Source: Thermomicrobiales bacterium
GTDB lineage: Bacteria; Chloroflexota; Chloroflexia; Thermomicrobiales; CFX8
NCBI GenBank assembly: GCA_039810005.1
Contig: JBDHWD010000003.1
Location: 3,078 to 67,077, forward strand
Direction: 5' to 3'
Length of the DNA stretch: 64,000 nt
Below, one piece after another: positions 52,159 through 61,552 of this stretch. The notes beneath the pieces are model-generated. The model worked only from the letters and a program-made list of their open reading frames with translations. It was not told the origin of the DNA and made no database searches. The translations under genes and the position numbers were made by a program. The first letter of the stretch is position 1, and every line of letters starts with the position of its first letter.

Positions 52159-52953
52159 TTGAATTCGCAGTCGAGAGTCGCAGTCATCATCAAGATCGTC
52201 GCACTCCTGCTCATCGCTGCAGGTGTCATCCTGCTGACCGCCGCCTCACGATCCTCCACACCGAACACCGCCGAGATCGCCCGTGAGCGCGCCCGATTCG
52301 AAGCAATCGGCGCGCTCCAGCCCCCGACGACTGCGGCTGGCGGTGACTCGCAGCCGACGCCGACGGCATCTACGCCCACTAGCAGCCGTTCACCGGACGA
52401 GACCAACCTCATCATCTCCGCGCACATCGGCCCGGAGCCCGGAGACCTGGCGACAACCGATCCGGTGTCGGACGGCACGGTATTCGAAGCACCCGCCGAC
52501 ATGCCACCAGCGCTGCACATTACGATTCCGGCGGTCGGTATCGACACGGATATCGTTGAGGTCGTGCCAAAGACTGAAACAATCGACGGCCAACTCGTCG
52601 AATCCTGGCAGGTGGCCGACTGGGCAGCCGGCCACCATGCCGGCAGCGCTGACCCGGGCGAGCGCGGCAACATCGTCCTTGCTGGACACGACGATGTCCG
52701 TGGCGAGGTATTTCGCGGACTGCACGACATCGAGATCGGCGCGGAGATTCTGCTGACGACGCCAGATGGAGTCCACCGCTACGTCGTCGAGGAGATTCAT
52801 GTTCGCCTGGAGCGTGGCGCTCCACTCGCCGATCGACTGGCTACCGGCCAGTTCATCGCGCCGATGCCGGAAGAGCGCCTGACGCTGATCACCTGCTGGC
52901 CTTATGGCATCGACGACCACCGCATCATCGTTGTTGCGAAGCCGCCTGCCTAA
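52159..52953 (+). CDS. Sortase (transpeptidase) with N-terminal membrane anchor
   Basis: TTG start after GAGG. TM VAVIIKIVALLLIAAGVILL. Catalytic His region NIVLAGHDDVRGEVFRGLHDIEIG. Active-site LTLITCWPYG (TLxTC). Confidence 0.8.
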   Translation: MNSQSRVAVIIKIVALLLIAAGVILLTAASRSSTPNTAEIARERARFEAIGALQPPTTAAGGDSQPTPTASTPTSSRSPDETNLIISAHIGPEPGDLATTDPVSDGTVFEAPADMPPALHITIPAVGIDTDIVEVVPKTETIDGQLVESWQVADWAAGHHAGSADPGERGNIVLAGHDDVRGEVFRGLHDIEIGAEILLTTPDGVHRYVVEEIHVRLERGAPLADRLATGQFIAPMPEERLTLITCWPYGIDDHRIIVVAKPPA

Positions 52954-53049
52954 CCCTGCTCACCCCAACGCACCTCTTCACCCCGTCTCGTGCCCGTGCT
53001 AGATTGCCCACGCAAGCGGAATCGAAGTTCAGGGAGGAGAGACGCCACG

Positions 53050-54276
53050 ATGGCAGTCGATACGAAGACAGACCTGGCTACCCTTCGCGAGCGCGTTCGC
53101 GAAGCGATTACCGGCGCGAAAGACCATGTCGTCGAGGTCGCCGAAACGATCCGGATCAATCCGGAGCTGGGCTACGAGGAGCGCATGGCCTCACAGCTCC
53201 TCGCCGACCACCTGAAGGAGGCGGGCTTTGAGGTCGAGAAGCCCTACAAGGGCATCGAGACCGCCTTCCGCGCCACGCGCAAAGGCAAGGGCGACGGCCC
53301 GACGATCGCCGTGCTGGCCGAATACGACGCGCTGGCCGGCATCGGTCACGGCTGCGGCCATAACCTGATCGGCGGCTCCGGCCTGGCCGCCGCGCTCGGT
53401 CTGGGAGCAGTGATCGACGAGGTTGATGGCACGGTCGTCATCATGGGCACACCAGCCGAAGAAGGAGGCGGCGGCAAGATCAAGCTCGCCGAGCAGGGCG
53501 CATTCGACGACGTTGATGCAGCCGTCATGATCCACCACGCCGGCGACCGCTCAGGCGCGGCGACCGAGTGGCCGCAGGGCACCTGCCTCGCCGTCCAGAG
53601 CCTCAAGATGGAGTTCTTCGGCAAGCCGGCCCACGCGGCAGCCGACCCATACAACGGCGTGAACGCGCTCAATGCGCTGATCAAGGTGTTCACCGGCATC
53701 GACGCGCTCCGCCAGCACATCCGTATGGAAGCGCGCATCCACGGCATCATCACCCACGGCGGCGACGCGGCCAACGTCGTCCCTCACCATTCGGCCGGCG
53801 AGTTCCTCGTCCGCGCCGACACGCGCGACTACGTCGATGAGCTCGTCGAGAAGGTCAAGAACATCGCCCAGGGCGCGGCGCTGATGACCGGCTGCGAGGT
53901 GCAGATCGTCGAGGGCCAGATGCACTACGACATGCGCCCGAGCTACGTCATCGGTCGCGTCTATCAGGACAACATGGCAGACGTCGGCATCGACCTGAGC
54001 AAGGGCCGCGAAGGGCGCGGAATGCACTCGACGGACTTCGGCAACGTCTCCTACCTGATCCCGTCGGTCACCGGCTCGTTCGCCATCTCGAAGACGCCGA
54101 TCCCCGGCCACTCGCAGCAAGTCGTCGATGCGTCCGGCTCCGAGTTCGGCTACGAGCAGTACGTCAAAGTTTCGACGGCGATGGCGCTCACCGTGCTGGA
54201 CCTGCTGACTAAGCCCGAGTTGCTGCAGGAAGCCAAGGACGCGCATGCCCGCTGGTCTGAGCTGTACGAGCGATAA
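53050..54276 (+). CDS. M20-family amidohydrolase/peptidase (M20D-like), copy 1
   Basis: ORF track 52990..54276. ATG 53050 follows GGGAGGAGAG. Motifs GHGCGHNLIG, GTPAEEGGGGK, HAAADPYNGVNA. Confidence 0.85.
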   Translation: MAVDTKTDLATLRERVREAITGAKDHVVEVAETIRINPELGYEERMASQLLADHLKEAGFEVEKPYKGIETAFRATRKGKGDGPTIAVLAEYDALAGIGHGCGHNLIGGSGLAAALGLGAVIDEVDGTVVIMGTPAEEGGGGKIKLAEQGAFDDVDAAVMIHHAGDRSGAATEWPQGTCLAVQSLKMEFFGKPAHAAADPYNGVNALNALIKVFTGIDALRQHIRMEARIHGIITHGGDAANVVPHHSAGEFLVRADTRDYVDELVEKVKNIAQGAALMTGCEVQIVEGQMHYDMRPSYVIGRVYQDNMADVGIDLSKGREGRGMHSTDFGNVSYLIPSVTGSFAISKTPIPGHSQQVVDASGSEFGYEQYVKVSTAMALTVLDLLTKPELLQEAKDAHARWSELYER

Positions 54277-54285
54277 GGGGACGGT

Positions 54286-55506
54286 GTGACGAACGAGCGA
54301 GCTGACGCGCTCCGCGAACGCGTGCGGACCGCAATCGAAAACGAACGTGAGCATCTGGTTGAGGTCGGCGAGACGATCCGGCTGAACCCGGAGCTCGGCT
54401 ATCAGGAGTTCATCGCCTCCCAGACGCTGGCAGATCAGTTGCGTGAAGCCGGCTTCGAGGTCGAGAAACCCTACAAGGGCATCGAGACATCGTTCCGCGC
54501 CACGCGCAAGGGCAAAGGCGACGGTCCGACGGTCGCGATCCTGGCTGAGTACGACGCGCTGCGCGGGATCGGCCACGGCTGCGGCCACAACCTGATCGGC
54601 ACGTCAGGGCTGGCAGTCGCCATCGGTCTTGGCGAAGTCATCGACGAACTCTCCGGGACGATCACCATCATCGGCACGCCGGCCGAAGAGGGCGGCGGCG
54701 GCAAGATCAGGCTGCTCGAAGCCGGCGCGTTCGACGACGTTGACGCAGCGCTGATGGTGCATCACATGAGCGACCAGACGGGCTCGGCGGTCAATTGGCC
54801 GGACGGCACCAGCCTGGCGACAACCGGCCTGACCTTCGAGTTCTTCGGCAAACCGGCTCACGCCGCTGGCGACCCGTACAACGGTGTCAACGCACTGAAC
54901 GCTGTCATCCAGACGTTCGAGGGGATCGATGCCCTGCGCCAGCATGTGACGATGGATTCCCGCATCCACGGCATCGTCACGCATGGTGGCGATGCTGCGA
55001 ACGTCGTGCCGAAGTACGCCGCCTGTACGTTCGGCATCCGGGCCTCGTTCAGCGAGACGGCCGCCGACCTGGCAGCGAAAGTACGCAAGATCGCCGAGGG
55101 CGCAGCGCTGATGACCGGCTGCGAGCTGAAGGTCACCGAGCGCGAGTCCGCCTACGCCGATCGTCGCCCGAGCTACGTCATCGGCCGACGCTACGAAGCC
55201 AACATGGTGGCGGCCGGGCTGGATATCAGTAAGCGCCCGAGTGGACGCATGATGGCATCGACCGATCTCGGCAATGTTTCGCACAAGATCCCGGCGGTGA
55301 CTGGAAACTTTGCGATCGCGACGACGCCGATCCCGCACCACTCGCAGCAGGTGGTCGATGCGTCCGGTTCCGAGTTCGGCTACGACCAGCTGATCAAAGT
55401 CTCAACAGCGATGGCGTGGACGGCACTCGACATCCTGCTTGATCCCACAATCAGCGAGGAGGCGTGGGACGAGCAGAAGCACTGGATGGAACGCTACTCG
55501 AGCTGA
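54286..55506 (+). CDS. M20-family amidohydrolase/peptidase (M20D-like), copy 2 (tandem paralog)
   Basis: GTG start after AAGGGGA. Same motif set (GHGCGHNLIG, GTPAEEGGGGK, HAAGDPYNGVNA). Long near-identical blocks with copy 1, e.g. EKPYKGIET.FRATRKGKGDGPT. Confidence 0.85.
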   Translation: MTNERADALRERVRTAIENEREHLVEVGETIRLNPELGYQEFIASQTLADQLREAGFEVEKPYKGIETSFRATRKGKGDGPTVAILAEYDALRGIGHGCGHNLIGTSGLAVAIGLGEVIDELSGTITIIGTPAEEGGGGKIRLLEAGAFDDVDAALMVHHMSDQTGSAVNWPDGTSLATTGLTFEFFGKPAHAAGDPYNGVNALNAVIQTFEGIDALRQHVTMDSRIHGIVTHGGDAANVVPKYAACTFGIRASFSETAADLAAKVRKIAEGAALMTGCELKVTERESAYADRRPSYVIGRRYEANMVAAGLDISKRPSGRMMASTDLGNVSHKIPAVTGNFAIATTPIPHHSQQVVDASGSEFGYDQLIKVSTAMAWTALDILLDPTISEEAWDEQKHWMERYSS

Positions 55507-55578
55507 TTCTTCATGCTGAGGCCGACTGCTCGGCCCCAGCACACGTTTACCCGACACGTTGAAGCGACAGGAGGCCAC

Positions 55579-56100
55579 ATGCCTGAGCTATCGAGCCGCG
55601 CCGACCTGCTGAGCACCATTCAGAAGCTTGGCGACGACATCGAGCAGATCGCCAGTCAGGTCGACCCGGAGCAGGCAGCGCAGCCAAACGCCTTCGGCGA
55701 CTGGTCGTTCAAGGACGTCATCGCCCACCTGAACAGTTGGCGGCTCCTCACGGCGGCGCGTCTTGAGGCGGGATTGAACGGCACCGAGCCGATAGTGCCC
55801 TGGCCGGCGCACCTCGATGAGGACCGCGATATCGACGGCCTCAATCGTTGGCTCTACGAATCAAATCGCGACAAATCGCTGGCCGAAATTATGGCCGATT
55901 CGCGCGCGACGATTGAACGCAGCGCCGCGGCGATCCGTGCGATGCCGGAGGATGCGCTGCTGCAGGTCGGGCACTTCACCTGGATGCCCAGCTATGCACT
56001 CGGCCCGGGCGTTGTGCAGGGCACCTGGGAGCATTTCCACATCGACCACGAACCGGAAATTCGCGCCTGGCTCGCCAGGCAGGAGGCGTCGTCCTCCTAG
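55579..56100 (+). CDS. ClbS/DfsB-like four-helix-bundle protein (DUF1706 / DinB-like fold)
   Basis: ORF track 55513..56100. ATG 55579 follows CAGGAGG. Pattern RADLLSTIQKL...FGDWSFKDVIAHLNSW... resembles ClbS/DfsB family N-termini; call from memory. Confidence 0.5.
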   Translation: MPELSSRADLLSTIQKLGDDIEQIASQVDPEQAAQPNAFGDWSFKDVIAHLNSWRLLTAARLEAGLNGTEPIVPWPAHLDEDRDIDGLNRWLYESNRDKSLAEIMADSRATIERSAAAIRAMPEDALLQVGHFTWMPSYALGPGVVQGTWEHFHIDHEPEIRAWLARQEASSS

Positions 56101-58331
56101 CCGCCATCCTCTACGCCCTGATGCTCCAGCGTCATCGCTGGGGCACTCAGCGGCTCACCCTCCACCCGCAAATCGGGCAGCCACTGGAGCCAGCGAGGCA
56201 TGTACCAGTTCCATGAACCCAGCAGCGCCATCGTTGCCGGCACCAGGATCGTGCGCACGATCGTTGCGTCGAGGAAGATCGCGACAGCCAGCCCGAAGCC
56301 CAGCTGCTGAAGCTCGACCAGCTCGCCCATCGAGAAGGCGAAGAAGACCACGACCATGATGAGCGCTGCGCCGGTGATGATCTTGCCGGTCGATTCCAGC
56401 CCGACCGCGACAGACTCGCGATTCTTGCCTGTCTGATCGTAATGCTCGCGGATGCGGCTCAGCAGGAAGACGTGATAGTCCATCGACAGGCCGAAGAGGA
56501 TGCAGAACAGGAAGATCGGCAACCAGTTGGTAATGATGTCGGTCTGCCTGAATCCGACCAGCCCGGCACCATAGCCCTTCTGGAACACGAGCACGAGAAT
56601 GCCGTAGGTCGCGCCGACCGACAGCAGGTTCATCAGGATGGCCTTCAGCGGCACGACGACCGAGCGGAACGCCAGCGTCAGCAGAATGAAGCTCAGGCCG
56701 AGGACGAAAGCGAACACGAACGGCGTCCGGTTCGCAACGACCTCATTGAAGTCGTAGTTGAACGCTGGCGTACCACCGACGAACACGCCATCGGCGAGGT
56801 CGCCGAAGGCGGCCGGCACCAGATCACCACGCAGATGGCGGACTGCGTCCGTCGCTTCAACTGCCGACGCATCCACGGTGAGCGGCGTCGTCAGGAGCGT
56901 CAGATCACCGGCATCGTTTGTCTCCGCTTGCACCGGCCCAAAGGTGGGATCTTCGGCCATGCTGGCGGTCAGCTGTGCGATACCCGCTTGCACGGTCGGA
57001 TCGTCAGCCGGCGCATCAATGACGATCTCGATCGGCGCAATAACGCCAGCGAAGAAGTCGCGCGACAGGATGTGGTAAGCGCGCAGGATCTCGCCTTCGG
57101 GATAGTTCTCGACGCCGACAAGACCAGTGCGGAAATCCCGAATCGGGAGCGCCAGGGCAAGCAGTAGCCCGCCGGCCAGGACAATGCTGATAACGGGCCG
57201 GGCCATAACGATATGGCTAATCTTCGCCCAGGTTCCGTGATGGAGCGCCGGATTCTCCGCCTCCGGGCGTGAGAACGCGCGGCGACGCGGCCAGTTGATT
57301 CGATCACCCAGAAGACCGAGCAACGCCGGAACGAGCGTCGCTGAGGCCGCCACCGAGACCGCCACCACAATGACCGCCCCGACGCCGACGCTGCGGAAAA
57401 TCGTGAGCGGCATCAGGAACATGCCCAGCAGCGCGATGATGACGGTCGTTCCAGAGAAGACAACCGCCTTCGTAGCTGAGCCTCCGGCGCGCTCGATCGC
57501 GTCGTGGCGCTCGAATCCGCGGGCGCGCTCCTCGCGATAGCGCTCGATGATGAAGAGCGAGTAATCGATCCCGACCGCGAGACCGATCATCGTGATGACG
57601 TTGAGGATCAGCGACGTCAGGTCCATCGTCAGGCCGACAAAGGCGGTGATACCGATCGCAACTGCGATAGCCGCCAGCGCGATCACCAGCGGCACAAGCG
57701 CCGCGATCAGCGCACCGAAGACGAGGATCAGCACGAGCAACGCGACCGGCAGGCCAAAGATCTCGGCCTGCTCCAGGTCCTCCTGCGCGCGCCGGTTGTA
57801 GTCGTGCGAAATGCTTAGCTCACCAACGGTGAGAACTTCAACGCCATCACGCGACTGACCGAGGACAGTGTTGGTGAAACGCTCACCAAACTCTTCAACA
57901 GACTTGAGATCGCCGGTCAGCGTGACCGGAATGATCGTCGAGTGGCGATCGGCCGATACCAGTAACGCAGCCTCGGGAGCGCCGGCTGCGCCGGCCTGAA
58001 TGAAGTTGACAGCCGACGCGACGACGTCGGTCATCGCCATCAGATCGGTTGTCGTCTGCTCGACAACCTGCTGGAACACCGGATCATCGACGGTGAGCGA
58101 CGACGACGTAACAACGACCGTTTCGCCGACCGGCTCGACGCCGTGCATCCGATCTTCGATCAGACGCAGCGCCTGCACTGATTCCGGGTTGTTCGTAAAT
58201 TCGGCCTGGCCGGTGAGGTTGCTGGGCAGCACCGCTTGCGAAACGACACCTGCTGCCATCGCAACGAGCCAGAGGATGATGACCAGCCACGGCCGTCGGG
58301 AGCTCGCACGCGCCAACCGCGCAATCGACAT
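56097..58331 (-). CDS. MMPL-family (RND superfamily) membrane transporter
   Basis: ORF track 56097..58403. ATG 58331 (MSIARLARASSRRPWLVIILWLV). Two six-TM bundles with soluble domains between them. 3' end overlaps the ClbS-like gene stop by 4 nt. Confidence 0.85.
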   Translation of the reverse strand: MSIARLARASSRRPWLVIILWLVAMAAGVVSQAVLPSNLTGQAEFTNNPESVQALRLIEDRMHGVEPVGETVVVTSSSLTVDDPVFQQVVEQTTTDLMAMTDVVASAVNFIQAGAAGAPEAALLVSADRHSTIIPVTLTGDLKSVEEFGERFTNTVLGQSRDGVEVLTVGELSISHDYNRRAQEDLEQAEIFGLPVALLVLILVFGALIAALVPLVIALAAIAVAIGITAFVGLTMDLTSLILNVITMIGLAVGIDYSLFIIERYREERARGFERHDAIERAGGSATKAVVFSGTTVIIALLGMFLMPLTIFRSVGVGAVIVVAVSVAASATLVPALLGLLGDRINWPRRRAFSRPEAENPALHHGTWAKISHIVMARPVISIVLAGGLLLALALPIRDFRTGLVGVENYPEGEILRAYHILSRDFFAGVIAPIEIVIDAPADDPTVQAGIAQLTASMAEDPTFGPVQAETNDAGDLTLLTTPLTVDASAVEATDAVRHLRGDLVPAAFGDLADGVFVGGTPAFNYDFNEVVANRTPFVFAFVLGLSFILLTLAFRSVVVPLKAILMNLLSVGATYGILVLVFQKGYGAGLVGFRQTDIITNWLPIFLFCILFGLSMDYHVFLLSRIREHYDQTGKNRESVAVGLESTGKIITGAALIMVVVFFAFSMGELVELQQLGFGLAVAIFLDATIVRTILVPATMALLGSWNWYMPRWLQWLPDLRVEGEPLSAPAMTLEHQGVEDGG

Positions 58332-58495
58332 GGACACATCCCTGACTGCTTCGCGACCGGCAGTTCCGTCGTCCGGCGCGCAACCAGTACGGAAGTATCC
58401 CACACGGAATCCCGGTCACACCGGCAAACCGCACCCCGTGGCTTCCCTCAGGAAACACGGTCTCAGGGCTGCTCCGGTCAGCGCGAACGCGCGTC

Positions 58496-59617
58496 TTAAT
58501 CGGCGAGCGTCATGTTGCCGCCAGTGCCCGGCTGGTAAGCACAGGCAGTGTCGCTCTCAAGGTAATCACCGGTGTGAGCGAACGCACGCGAGCGCGAGCC
58601 ACCGCAGATCGCGCGGAACTCGCAGACGCCGCACTTGCCCTTCAGCAACGTCGGGTCACGAAGCTCCTGGAAGACCGGATGGTTGCGATAGACATCGACG
58701 ACCGAGTCTGAGCGGACGTTGCCGGCGACGACCGGCAGGAAGCCACTCGGGCAAATCTCCCCAATGTGCGAGATGAAGCAGAAGCCGTTTCCCGCGTTCA
58801 CCGCCCGCGTCGCGCGACCGATGCCATCGGACGACTGGAAGCCGAGTCCGGCAACCGGCGCGCGCTGGTGTTGCATCAGCACCCGACGATAGTGATAGCC
58901 CTCGGTCAGCTTCAGGTTCCAGGACGCGGTCAGGCTACGCTCGGCGAGCCATTCGAAGACGCGCTCGTACTCATCGCCCGTCAGCTCATCCAGGTCAACA
59001 CCACGACCGGTCGGCACCAGGCAGAAGACGGCCCAGACGACCGCGCCAAGCGATTCGGCGAGGTCGGCCATCTGTTCCAAATATGGCAGCGTGCGCCGGC
59101 AGAGTGTCGTGTGGATCTGGACAGGGATACCCAGCCGGTGCGCGGCAGCGATGATGTCCATCGACCAACCGAACGAGCCATCGACCCGCCGGAAGGCGTC
59201 ATGTGTCTCCGCCGTCGGTCCATCCAGGCTGACCGCGATGCGCGACAGTCCAGCTGCCTGTGCCTCGGCAAGCTTGCGCTCGCTCGTCAGCGCCGTGCCG
59301 GCCGGCGTCAGCGTGCAGCGTACGCCGCAGTTCGTCGCATGGCGGATCAGGTCGTTCAGGTCGGGGCGACGCATCGGGTCGCCACCGGTCAGGATCAGGA
59401 CGGGTGGCACGTCGAACCGAGCAATGTCATCGATGACGCGCAACGCCTCTTCAGTGCGCAACTCACGCGGATCGCGCCGCAATTGCGCCTCGGCGCGACA
59501 GTGGACGCAAGCGAGATTGCAGGCTCGGGTCAGCTCCCACGCCAGTACAAACGGCTGTCGGTTGAAATTGCTCTCGGCCAGCACCGGCCGTTGCGGCAGC
59601 ACGGCAGCACCACTCAT
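58496..59617 (-). CDS. Radical SAM enzyme with C-terminal SPASM domain (AhbD/NirJ-like; resembles the TIGR04053-type subgroup)
   Basis: ORF track 58496..59641. ATG 59617 follows GGAAGGA. Cluster motif TRACNLACVHCRAEA. SAM-binding ILTGGDPMRRPD. SPASM Cys motifs NGFCFISHIGEICPSG and GKCGVCEFRAICGGSRS. Confidence 0.85.
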   Translation of the reverse strand: MSGAAVLPQRPVLAESNFNRQPFVLAWELTRACNLACVHCRAEAQLRRDPRELRTEEALRVIDDIARFDVPPVLILTGGDPMRRPDLNDLIRHATNCGVRCTLTPAGTALTSERKLAEAQAAGLSRIAVSLDGPTAETHDAFRRVDGSFGWSMDIIAAAHRLGIPVQIHTTLCRRTLPYLEQMADLAESLGAVVWAVFCLVPTGRGVDLDELTGDEYERVFEWLAERSLTASWNLKLTEGYHYRRVLMQHQRAPVAGLGFQSSDGIGRATRAVNAGNGFCFISHIGEICPSGFLPVVAGNVRSDSVVDVYRNHPVFQELRDPTLLKGKCGVCEFRAICGGSRSRAFAHTGDYLESDTACAYQPGTGGNMTLAD

Positions 59618-59710
59618 CGCGCAGTCCTTCCCGGGCATCACGCATCCCAGCGCAGCTGTCGTACGCTGCGCTCGTGATTGGGATCATGGCTGCCCTGGCC
59701 ACCTTCGCGC

Positions 59711-59726
59711 TGTGAGATTGATCACA
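59711..59726. promoter_or_regulatory. Perfect CRP/FNR-type palindrome TGTGA-N6-TCACA upstream of the radical SAM gene
   Basis: TGTGAgattgaTCACA, about 94 nt upstream of ATG 59617. A -10-like CATGAT (minus, 59688-59683) lies 22 nt beyond the site. Confidence 0.4.
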
Positions 59727-60042
59727 ATTACCCAGAATTGCTCGGTTTGTCAGCCACGAGGAACGCTCCGTTGCGGCCCAGGAAGCTCCCCTGACGAACT
59801 GGGCATTCACGGTATCCATCGTCAGCCAGATGTGAAACCGATCCGTCCGTTGCCTGCCGCTCCAGGTACTCGTCGCATGGCGACGTTGATGCGCAGCGCA
59901 TCAGCGGCGGCCTCGCTACGTTGCGTGATTTGTATGAAAGCCATCAGGTTGAGCGTCTCAATTGACGCCCGTCTCCGGCGCAGCCTATGATCGTCCCGAG
60001 CAGAATCGGAATGAAGCCGAATGATGGGACGAGGAATCGCTG

Positions 60043-60423
60043 ATGGGGTCTGCTGGATTGATCGACCGCGTGCTGTGGGCGATCGCACGGGCCCCGCGAG
60101 AGTTACTCCTCTACGCAATCGTCTCGCTCGGGACCTTCGCCTATCAGGCTCTCGTGCCCGGTGAGCCGCATTATGGCGATGCGGGAATGCCCTGGGGCTG
60201 GGTGATCATCAGCCTCATCCTCGTGATACTGCTATACCGACGCGTCCGACTCGCCTGGTTCCTTTCTTTGATGCTGAATCTGCTGACGACCATCGTGCTG
60301 ATTCTGTTCAGCACCTGGCCATGGACTGTCAAGTACGGCGGCCTCGTCGTGCTTTCGGCTCTCGGCGTTGTGCTGTTGGCCAGCTCGGCCGTACGCCGGT
60401 ACATGGATGGCAAGCCAGTCTGA
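60043..60423 (+). CDS. Small polytopic membrane protein (126 aa, about 4 TM), function unknown
   Basis: Four hydrophobic segments (LLLYAIVSLGTFAY, WGWVIISLILVILLY, LAWFLSLMLNLLTTIVLILF, GGLVVLSALGVVLLA). No family recognised. Confidence 0.5.
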   Translation: MGSAGLIDRVLWAIARAPRELLLYAIVSLGTFAYQALVPGEPHYGDAGMPWGWVIISLILVILLYRRVRLAWFLSLMLNLLTTIVLILFSTWPWTVKYGGLVVLSALGVVLLASSAVRRYMDGKPV

Positions 60424-60457
60424 CGCCGAACGTGGCGTGCTACACTTTCTTCAGACG

Positions 60458-60553
60458 GATGCCAGGGGTGCGCGAGATCGCGCTGAGAGTGCGGGGCGAA
60501 GCCCGCTGACCCTCCGAACCTGATCTGGGTCATACCAGCGAAGGGACGGCATC
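60458..60553 (+). promoter_or_regulatory. TPP (THI-box) riboswitch aptamer
   Basis: GATGCC aGGGGTGCgcgagatcgcgCTGAGAgtgcggggcgaagcccgcTGACCCtccgAACCTGATCTGGgtcATACCAGCGaAGGGAc GGCATC. The conserved CTGAGA, ACCTGATCTGG.TAATACCAGCG.AGGGA core and the P1 pairing (60458-63 with 60548-53) are all present. Confidence 0.9.
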
Positions 60554-60573
60554 GACAACCAGCCTCACCAAGG

Positions 60574-60609
60574 CGCCGTCGACCCATACGGGTCGCGGCG
60601 TTTGTGTTT
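60574..60609 (+). terminator. Riboswitch expression-platform terminator
   Basis: CGCCGTCGACCC atac GGGTCGCGGCG followed by TTTGTGTTT, located between the aptamer and thiD. Confidence 0.7.
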
Positions 60610-60706
60610 CGGGACAGGTGCAGGCGGGGGTCTCCACGGAGGGCGCACCGACCTGGCATATACGAGACCGGCAGTAGCCGGCTTTCGCCCGCCGAGGGAG
60701 GCGTCC

Positions 60707-61552
60707 ATGTCCAATCTCCTGCCGGCCATCAGCCGGCGCATTCCTGCCGCAGTGACAATCGCTGGCTCCGACTCCGGCGCTGGAGCTGGTATTCAGGCCG
60801 ATCTCAAGACGTTCGCCGCACACGGTGTCTACGGCACATCGGTAATTACTGCTGTGACCGCACAAAACACTCGTGGCGTTCAGTCGTTCGCGGCGCTCGA
60901 CCCCGGACTGGTTGCGGCCCAGATTGAAGCCGTCATTGACGACATCAAGCCTGCCGCCGCCAAGACCGGCATGCTGGCGAATGCCGGCATTGTCCGTGTC
61001 ATCGTCGAGGCGCTGGAACATTATCCGGACCTTCCGGTTGTGATCGATCCGGTCGCAAACGCCAAGAGCGGAGACGCGCTGATCGACGCCGAGGCGCTCG
61101 CCGCCCTGCGCAGCGACCTGCTGCCACGCGCCCGCCTGATCACGCCGAACCTGCCCGAGGCGGCGGCGCTAACCGGCCTCCGCGCCGAGACGACCGATGA
61201 CATGCCGCGGGTCGGCGAGGCGCTGCTGGCGCTCGGTGTCGGGGCGGTCGTCGTCAAGGGCGGCCACCTGATCGATCGCGCCGACGACCTGTTCATGGAC
61301 GGCAGCCGCAGCGAGTGGCTCAGCGCCGCGCGTGTCATCACACGCTGCACACACGGGACCGGCTGCACGTTCAGCGCCGCGATCACGGCCAACCTGGCGC
61401 TCGGCCACGAGCTCTTTGAGGCAGTGGTCGCGGCCAAGCGCTATCTCACTGAGGCGTTGATCGCCGGCTACGAAGTCGGCGATGGGCATTCGCCGGTCGA
61501 TCACTTTTACGCCGGAACACGCTTCCCTACAAATGAAAGGGTCATCGCATGA
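60707..61552 (+). CDS. thiD: Hydroxymethylpyrimidine / phosphomethylpyrimidine kinase
   Basis: ORF track 60602..61552. ATG 60707 follows [48 protein letters not shown] ... [10 protein letters not shown]. Confidence 0.9.
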   Translation: MSNLLPAISRRIPAAVTIAGSDSGAGAGIQADLKTFAAHGVYGTSVITAVTAQNTRGVQSFAALDPGLVAAQIEAVIDDIKPAAAKTGMLANAGIVRVIVEALEHYPDLPVVIDPVANAKSGDALIDAEALAALRSDLLPRARLITPNLPEAAALTGLRAETTDDMPRVGEALLALGVGAVVVKGGHLIDRADDLFMDGSRSEWLSAARVITRCTHGTGCTFSAAITANLALGHELFEAVVAAKRYLTEALIAGYEVGDGHSPVDHFYAGTRFPTNERVIA

